Assembly (NCBI RefSeq): GCF_009914755.1
Contig: NC_060927.1
Reading direction: 5' to 3' (one strand)
Origin: the human T2T-CHM13v2.0 reference genome, Homo sapiens
DNA length: 64,000 nucleotides
Position numbers and translations under genes: made by a program. Positions 49,231 to 64,000 of this stretch are shown in pieces. A model generated the notes under the pieces. The model ran no database searches, was not told the DNA's origin, and saw only the letters and a program-made list of their open reading frames with translations. Each line of letters starts with the position of its first letter. The stretch's first letter is position 1.

Positions 49231-49944
49231 CACACTCCACATTTTCCTGCCTCCCTGGAAAGGTTAAACAGTGTCCTCTCTGGACTCACAGGTGACATTC
49301 AATTTAAATTTACTATGATGCTGCATTTATGTTCCGTCTTTGATATCTCTGATGCATGTTGTGCTTTAAATTTAGGCTCAGAAGCCACCATGTATTACTG
49401 CTGGCACCCATCACCATGAACAGTACCTTTGGCAGACAATTTTGTCAGACCCCTCTCCAGTTCTACTCCCTTTTCTCATTTTCATTGTTTTGACTATTGA
49501 ATTCCTAACCTCATATCTTGCCTTTGAAACCAATTTCTGTCATATATATAGTTCCATCTAGATATTTTTAAAATAATCTTACTAGAAATCTGGATTTCTC
49601 CTTATGTTAGATTTTGCTCACACCTTTAATATAAGGTCTACTGCAGGCTTGAGAGGGTTAGATTCCTCAATATTCTATCTTCCAAGCTATTCCTCATTCT
49701 CTGCACCCAAGGAGAGGTGTTTAGATTTATGAGGCTGACGTGTATTCACCAAAATAATAAAAGGGATGATATATAAACCAGAATATCAATATCTATTTAT
49801 AGTGAGAACTATATCACAGATATCAGAATAATTACATGAACTTTACAGTGACTTTTCTTTCTGAAAAAAATAAAGAAATTAAAAAGTGAAAATAGCATTG
49901 TTTCGTGAACATAAAATCAAAGCAAGAATAGATAACTAGACAAT

Positions 49945-49965
49945 CTTTTTTTTAATTTTTAATTT

Positions 49966-50004
<39 letters not shown>
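49945..50004. repeat. (TTTA)n microsatellite
   Basis: Direct inspection. Confidence 0.9.
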
Positions 50005-50005
<1 letters not shown>

Positions 50006-50190
50006 TAGATAATGTATTCTGTTTCATGGCAGGATACTTGACCTGCTATTTCCTCATGAGGCATCAACATCTCTGGGGCAGTATTGGAAAAGTAGTAGGA
50101 AGTTCTTGCTCACTAATTTCCTTTAGCTGGTTATTGGTTTTAATAATTCTTCTTCAAAGTGGTTACAATACACTTGATAAGGTTTTAGCT

Positions 50191-50721
50191 TTCATTTATT
50201 CATTGATTCATTCATTTAAAAATGTTTGCTAAACACAGATCATGTGCTAAGCACTAAACAAATCAGCGAAGAGACCACATTAACAAAGCAGACATGGTTT
50301 CTACTCTTAGTGAACTTATAATTTAGTGAGGGGGTCATTCATTAAAGAAGTAATCACACAAATAAGAAATTACAACTGCCTTTATTACTCTGAAGGAAAA
50401 ATAAATGGTGGTATGTGACTACAGTACAAAAGACCCAGTTTTCCTTGGGAAGTTAGGGAAGGCTTCCCTACAGAAGTGATTGAGATCTGTATTAAAGGAT
50501 GAATGAATGGACCCTACCAAGGACTAGAGGAAGAGACTTAGGCAGTGGAAACATGGAACAAGATCTTCAGGTGGGAAATTGCTTGGGTATTTTAAGTAAT
50601 TAACAAAGCAGGTGTGGCTGGAACTTAGTGAATGAGAGAAGAGTGATTAATGATTGAGGTGTGTGTAGGCAGGCAGGTAGTTGAGAAGTAGAGACCTTGC
50701 AGGGGAATCCTGCATATATTA
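50191..50721 (-). mobile_element. L2 3' region (continues at 56878 to about 57125 after the L1)
   Basis: (ttca)n L2 tail, tgtgctaagcact, agttagggaaggcttccc, ggtgtggctggaac; resumes agggtctttaagcaag...atcactttggctactgtg. Confidence 0.75.
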
Positions 50722-50739
50722 CAGATTTTGAAATTTCTT

Positions 50740-56859
<6,120 letters not shown>

Positions 56860-57827
56860 CAGATTTTGAACTTTCTTAGAAGTACCAGAGGGAGTTGTTG
56901 AAGGGTCTTTAAGCAAGAAAGAAATTTATTAGAATTACCTTATCACTTTGGCTACTGTGAAAAAGGTGTTTATGGAGGTAGGGTTAAAAGTAAATATAGT
57001 TAAAATAATTGGTTATTGCCAAAGTTCAGGAAGAAATTATAGTGAATAAAATAATGGTTTCCTAGAGGTGGAGAGGAATAATTTCAGAAATAGATCCAGG
57101 ATATATAATTGATAGGATTGATATGATATCTTGTTCCTGTCATGAATCTCTGAGACTACTCCTAAATTATTGTAACCTAATGTTATTATATAACGAATTC
57201 TTCAACAGACATAACTGCACAGCTGATTCTATAGATGACTAACATTCTCCATTACGAATGCATTGCGTTATGGCTAGGATTTTTACTTTCAGAGCACAAC
57301 CTCTTCTGTTTCCAAGTTCTGAGGGGCAAAATATTGCTGACTCTATAGATTTACTTCAGAGATAATTATTTATTAAAATTAACAGAATATGTGCAGAGTG
57401 GAGAGAACAGTTATAACAACCTAGAGGATTCTGAAGAAACCTAATCCCAAACTATACAACCAGCATAACCTCAGCCACTCTCACAGCAATGTAAGCAGGG
57501 CCTCTTCTATCATTCATAAAGGGGCTGCCTGGAAACAATAATTATGAACAAATCCGGAGATAGCTAAAGATGGCAGTGCAATCAAGTTCAAGAAGCCAAA
57601 GTTTGTTTTGATACAATATGCTTAAATTAATATATTAAATTGTGATGATATAAGATTTTTTATTTGCAAAAGGAGTGCTTAATAATTTCAGAGATAGTTG
57701 TTTGAACAAGTCAGCAACTTTCTAAATGCAGAAATTTTTAAAATATTGCAATGGTCTGAATAATTATAACTATGCCATTAAGCGATTCTTCAGCTGAGGA
57801 CTTTTAAGCATAGAATTGTGGTTAATC

Positions 57828-58164
<337 letters not shown>

Positions 58165-60464
58165 TTAATAGTTGATTTCAGCTAATGCAAGCTGAAACAA
58201 AAATGAACTGTGAACAGGAAGCTGTGGCATCGTGACTTCTATAATCCAGCATTTCAGAGGTGCTTGCTCAGGGCTGATTCTGGGTGTTGACAACATCAAA
58301 TAGATAACAGATATCTTTCTGTCAAACTATATTTTAATCCCTTCTTAATTCTTGTCACACATTATTTCTACACTAATAGTTTTTAATAGCTTAAAATAAT
58401 TTTACATGTGTAAGTTATGGCTTCCGAAACTAGTCTGTAATTTCCTTGAGATCATATGCTTTTGTATTCACCATAACTTGCTTTGAAACAGTAGATGTTC
58501 AATAACGTTGTGCAAAATATGGTGCTATATATTCTTGTTAGTACCTGACCAATTTGTTAAGTGATGTTGTATCATTCCTAGACCATGCCTTAAAGGTACG
58601 ATTCCAGCATCATTTAAGAGGCTTCATTTTACATTATTATTTTGCATAAAATTCCTTCCCCCATGTTGCCTGCTTTATAGCAGGTTTACAATTTAAAGGG
58701 ATAGGATTAAGTTTCTCACTCAAAATAAGAGAAGATAAAAATACAGGGAAAGATACTAGTGTGGAAACGTAACTAGTATAACTAAGAATCAGACATCTGT
58801 ATCACCAGCAATGTCTGTCATTCAAAATTAAGCCTTTACAATTTACTTCTCTTACTTTAAGGTAGAAGCCAACAGAAGCTTATCCAAAGAAATTCTGAAG
58901 ATATTTTTAAATTGCAAAATAATTATTGAAGGTATTTTTTTCTGCTTTTATTCTAACAATATTTAAATTATAAAAAATAACAGGTCCTCCAATCAGCACT
59001 GTAGTGGCTGTATTTACACAGGAAAAGCAAAGCAGAAAGTTAGCCATTATTTCAAATAACACCAGCAAAATTAAATAACTCTGTGGTTAAGGAAAGAGTG
59101 GGAATGTTTTTAACATCTATACTCTTATCCATCATTTGCCTATGTGAAGTCAATCTTTATTGGGATTTCATCTATCTCCTGGGGCTGCAGTTAAAGGACA
59201 AAATGTAGTAATGCCATTCATGACCTGGATTCTGCCATGCTAAACCTGAATAAAAGCATTCATTTTCTGAATAACATTTTCTTTTTTGTACGAATGCTTT
59301 AAGCCTCTTTTAAAATCATTCTTTACTACTTGGCTTGTGCATTTGCTCAGAAGAATAACATAAGCAGATTAAATAAATAAAAGATGTAAGGCCCCATAGA
59401 AGAAGGCAAATTTAATATGAGATCACAAACAGAAGAGTAAGTGAAGTCAGCTCCAGTACTCTTTGTACCACTCACCAACTATGCATTGAAAGATCTAAGT
59501 AAGTCTCAGGACTTGTGTGTACACAGTGAAACAATTTTAGGTAATGAGTGTAATGCCCAATAATGATATTACTGAGAAACTATGAATAAAGTATGAAGGA
59601 TACTTAACAGTTTAAAGGAATCTTTGCCCAGGCATTTGATCTCCTACCAACACACATGTACCCACCCTCAATCACTTGAATGGTAGAAGAACACTTAATT
59701 TTTAGTGTCTTGATACATATATAAGTTATTTCTTGTTTTCACATCTAGCATCACATTGAAGCTGCCCTATTGTCTCTCCTTGACATTCAAGATACTTGTA
59801 AAATGAACCCATCACAAAATTAAATATAAGCTATATGACTACAATCAGAATCTCTTTGTATTGACATAAAAGCTAGGTACATGCTGACACTTGTAAAATC
59901 ATGCAGTTAGCAAATTCTGGGTCACCTGGCTGTGTACAACACAAAGAAAATGTCCCATAGCATTATGAATAGATGCTGCTGTATCCTACCCTGCAGATAC
60001 CCCACTTTTTTATAGCTCAGCTGGAATTAACTTCTACTTTGCTCTTTATGAAACACATGGCAGATTCTAAAATATTTTATCATCCTACATAGGAAATAAA
60101 TGGCAATCCCTCATTTTTGGCACCTACATCTTTTCATTCTCTCTGACTTGAAGGAAATGGTTGAAGATGAACACAGGAGGTAAGGCATATCAAAATTGGA
60201 ACTTTACAGCACCAATTGGTCCTTTCTCAGAGTGGGGATCTACTAAAAGTATTTCTGTGAAAATCCACAGTGACTCTCTTTGTTAAACTCACCACTTTAA
60301 TCCCCAAGATATCCATTTTACTGCTTTCAAAAGCACTACTGTTAGGAATGAACTGAATGTAGGAGATCATCTTGCTTATAAGGTTTTTGACATTAGAATT
60401 TCATTGTTACTTTGCTGTAGCTTTCTCAGTGATTAGAATCTTGATATTACAAAATTGTATGATC

Positions 60465-60640
60465 TTTCTTTTATAGGGATAATTTCAAACTTCTTAGCTT
60501 ACATTTAAGCCCTTTCACCATGATCCCAATTTGCTTTACTAATCTCATCTTTAACCATTCCCTCCACCTTTCTAAACTTCTTCCATTTGCTTAACATTTT
60601 ATGCTTTTTTATACCCCTATGTCTTAGCCCAAATTGTATA
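60465..60640 (+). mobile_element. L2 fragment
   Basis: agggataatttcaaacttcttagc...aagccctttcacca. Confidence 0.5.
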
Positions 60641-60665
60641 GAACCCTCTCAACAAGGCGTCTTAC

Positions 60666-60803
60666 AGTGAAGCCTCTGGTACTAAAGGGTCTATAGTTAA
60701 GACCCAATTCTGGATAGAGAAGGATGGGAAAGTATGAGCATATCCTTCTCCAATCCCAAACAAAGGCTGGTGTCTCCAGTTTACATCCTTATTGGATAGG
60801 ATT
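60666..60803 (-). other. Candidate 138-nt exon of an unknown transcript
   Basis: Long U-rich tract ending ctttcag, donor ACT|GTAAGA, length divisible by 3 with one open frame. Confidence 0.25.
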
Positions 60804-61049
60804 CTGAAAGCATTCCAAACAGAAAAAAATGCAAAACCAAACATAAACGTCTCTCTCACTGGCACCTGCAGAGAAAGTTTCCTTGAATATTGGCAATATT
60901 GATATTTCTTGTTAATAATAATGATATAATAATGATAATGACCATCTCATAAAAGCTGCATTTATTAAACAGTTAGTATGTGGAAGTCTTTGATATAGAT
61001 GTTTTACATGCATTATTGCTTATATTCACATCTTAACAAGTAAACATGC

Positions 61050-61275
61050 TCCCATCCCATCCTTAAGTCTTCCCGTCTCAGTAAAATAATCTACAATCCA
61101 CTAAGTTTTTCAAGCCCCAAACCATAAATTATCCTTGATCCTTTCCTTTGCTTCATGACTGATAGCCATTCAGTAACCTAGCCTATTGTTCCCGGCTTCA
61201 AAATATATTTTACATCTGCTTCCTTCTGTCTCCAATGCTACTACCCTAGTCCAGGCTACCAGTATCTTTAGATTG
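61050..61275 (+). mobile_element. L2 fragment
   Basis: agtcttcccgtctcagtaaa...atccttgatcctttcc...ccctagtccaggctacca. Confidence 0.65.
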
Positions 61276-61311
61276 GAATACAGAAATAAAGAAATCAGTA
61301 AAACCAAATTC

Positions 61312-61570
61312 TACTAAATACAATATGATATCCTGGATTGCATCCTGAAACAGAAAAAAATATATATATGAGAAAAGTGCTGAAATCTAAATAAATCCTA
61401 TAGTTTAGCTAATGGTATTGTATCATTGTTAATTTCTTAGTTTTTACAAATGTAACATCTTTATATGAGTTATTAACATTGGGGAATCCTGGAGACTGGT
61501 TGAAAGGCATGTAGACAACTCTGTATTACCTTTGCCCATTTCTTCACATCTAAAATTATTAATAATATAA
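61312..61570 (+). mobile_element. L1MC/MD-type extreme 3' end
   Basis: aatatgatatcctggattgcatcctgaaacag...ttgttaatttcttagtttttacaaatgt...tctaaaattatt. Confidence 0.7.
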
Positions 61571-61684
61571 ATCTGACTATATAAAAAGATTTTGGCAGAG
61601 CAGAAACATTAAAACAACCTGTTGGAGATTACGTAGGCATTAATGGCTGAACAGAGACTCTCAGATATGACAGGATTCATTGTC

Positions 61685-61989
61685 TTTTTTTTTTTTTTTT
61701 TTTTTTTTTTGAGATGGAGTCTCACTCTGTCACCCAGGCTGGAGTGCAGTGGCACAATCTCAGCTCACTGCAACCTCAGCCTCCCGGTTCAAGAGATTTT
61801 CCTGCCTCAGCCTCCCGAGTAGCAGAGATTATAGATGTGCACCACCACGCGCAGCTAATTTTTGTATTTTTAGTAGAGACTGGGTTTCACCATGTGGGCT
61901 AGGCTGGTCTTGAACTCCTGACCTCGTGATCTGCTAGCCTTGACCTCCCAAAGTGCTGGGATTAGAGGCATGCGCCACTGTGCCTTGCC
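61685..61989 (-). mobile_element. AluS
   Basis: Poly-T and full Alu; TSD aggattcattgtctttt on both sides. Confidence 0.95.
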
Positions 61990-64000
61990 AGGATTCATTG
62001 TCTTTTGAGCATAACACTTACTGAGTGCTCTATGTGATGAATTCAGCACTTAGCAAAACTAAGCCAGAGTTCCAAGCTTCACAGATACCTCATCTATGAT
62101 TTAAATTTGATCTGATTCAAAACTCCTAGAAGCTAATGACATTAAACGTAAGCATGGATACATGCAAAATTCGTTATTACTTTGCTCAATTGTTTATCAA
62201 CCATTTTAATAGAAACTGTTTTGCAAATCTGCACATTCAAGGAACCCCTGCATCTACATACACACAGCCATAACAATTTAAGTTACTTTCAAATTCAGTT
62301 GAAACTTTTCCTAAAACACAACTTTAAGGTCTCTACCACATACACATAATAAAGAACAAAGAATCTAGCTCATTTTTGGTATTATTAGTATTTAGAAGTG
62401 TCTTCAAATTTTAGATCACATTTTAAAATATTCTAAGATAACAATTCTTAAAGAGTTGTTTTATTACATTCATGATTACATGAAGAAAACAACCTAATTT
62501 AGTTATTAAATTAGGTTGTCTAAGCATGTTTTATAATGTCAAAATTATTGTATCTGTGCCTATTTTTAACATCAAAATTCTGGATAAAATTTAAAATATC
62601 AGTCACTCAATATGCAAAAATTCTTCTCTCTAATTTCATATATCAAACACCCATTGACTTACTTTAGTTTCACTTTTTTTTTTTCATTCAAATATCTCCA
62701 CAAGTAGAGCTGGGGGATATTCAGGAGGCCTACCCACAGTGTATATCATCATTTTAAATCAGATTGAAATAATTTGAAAGTGAAAAAGTAATTTTAAAAC
62801 AGTCAAGAAAGCACATAATGTGTGTGTATGTTGAAGCAGTGTGTGTGTCGGTTGGGGATAAAAGCATTGGGAGGAGAGAAAAGAGGCCGATTATTACTGA
62901 ACATGTTATACATATCAAGACTGTTGAACCACATCTTTCCCATAAAAGTTCCTTATGACCCATTCTGTCAAACAGGAAATGTCACACTCATACACTTTAC
63001 TCTCACTAGCTAAGATATGGGCCTGGGGAAATCAATTATTTGCTAAACTTACTTTATTTGCTAGGCTATATACTCTGTTGCCATATTTATATGTAATTAG
63101 GTATTTTCCATTATCTATGTACTCTCAGGAAATATTTATCAATATCAACCTAAATTAATATGCCAGGAGAGTAATAACAGTCCTTCCATGCCTTCAGCTG
63201 CAATTCATTTTTAAAGGTTTGAGATATTGCAGGGTCTGAAATTTTCTTAAGGTATGAGTTAAGGTCTTTCTGTGAGGTTATTGAAATAGTCAGGATAGCC
63301 TTCACTATGATGTCTTACAGAGTTTGAGACTCAAAAGGGTAAACTGAAGAATTGTCATTAGTAGAGGTCCCATTTTCTTAATATAGGTCTTCATTCTCCC
63401 CTTTCTTATGAAGTGGTAACTGGATTATGAAGACATCCCTCTGCAGTTTAGCCTTATTCCACACATTCTAGAATGTGGTAGATAGCTGGAACTATTGAAA
63501 AACCAAACTGAATTATCATAGCTCTACTCATTATGGTATCCTATGTCTTGTTTTCATATGGAAAATTGGGTATTTAGCAGTGAGACCTATTATCTGTGGT
63601 TATCTGTGAGATTCCTTTTTATACTTAGCTTTTTATTAAACCATAGTAGTGTTATTGGGAAAACATGGACAAAAGGATGAGATTACAGGCTACAGTAGTA
63701 TTTTTTCTATCTAGTTGTCACTTCACTTGATAATAGCAAGAGGCAGAGGAAATCTAAATCCCTACAGTAAGCACTTTAAAGAGAATCATAGTTATTGAAT
63801 TTTTCTTTATCTAGTCTTCATTTGTTTTTGGCAAGTTGGTCTTTTAAGATAGGAGCATAATTCATGGAAAATATTGACTCAGAGTGGAATATGCATATCA
63901 TAGGAGATCATCAACTTCTTCAAACAATCTGATCATATTATAATCAGAATTATAAACAATCAAACAAAAAAGAACATTTTAATATGCAATGTAAATGACT

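Overview
AT-rich primate genomic DNA, most likely human or another catarrhine (AluY and L1PA elements are present). Roughly two-thirds of the window is interspersed repeat. I found no recognisable protein-coding gene: nearly every ORF in the track is a broken L1 ORF1/ORF2 piece, an Alu/L1 antisense frame or a dead Tigger transposase. Main content: two full-length but disabled L1PA elements (21.3-27.4 kb, 50.7-56.9 kb), a 5'-inverted L1 (1.0-3.5 kb), a near-complete Tigger3 DNA transposon (4.1-13.4 kb) split by two composite retro-insertions, about 14 Alus, three solo LTRs, MER/MIR/L2 relics and a Y1 RNA pseudogene. The most unusual structures are (i) a Y1 RNA-Alu-L1 chimera apparently inside one target-site duplication (TSD), (ii) an old L1 3' transduction carrying about 380 bp of non-L1 DNA inside a perfect 13-bp TSD, (iii) a 108-bp local inverted duplication with strongly G>A-biased differences, and (iv) a 50-bp patch of flanking DNA copied into an L1. 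Subfamily names come from recalled consensus features and need RepeatMasker/Dfam confirmation. Boundaries without a TSD are approximate.
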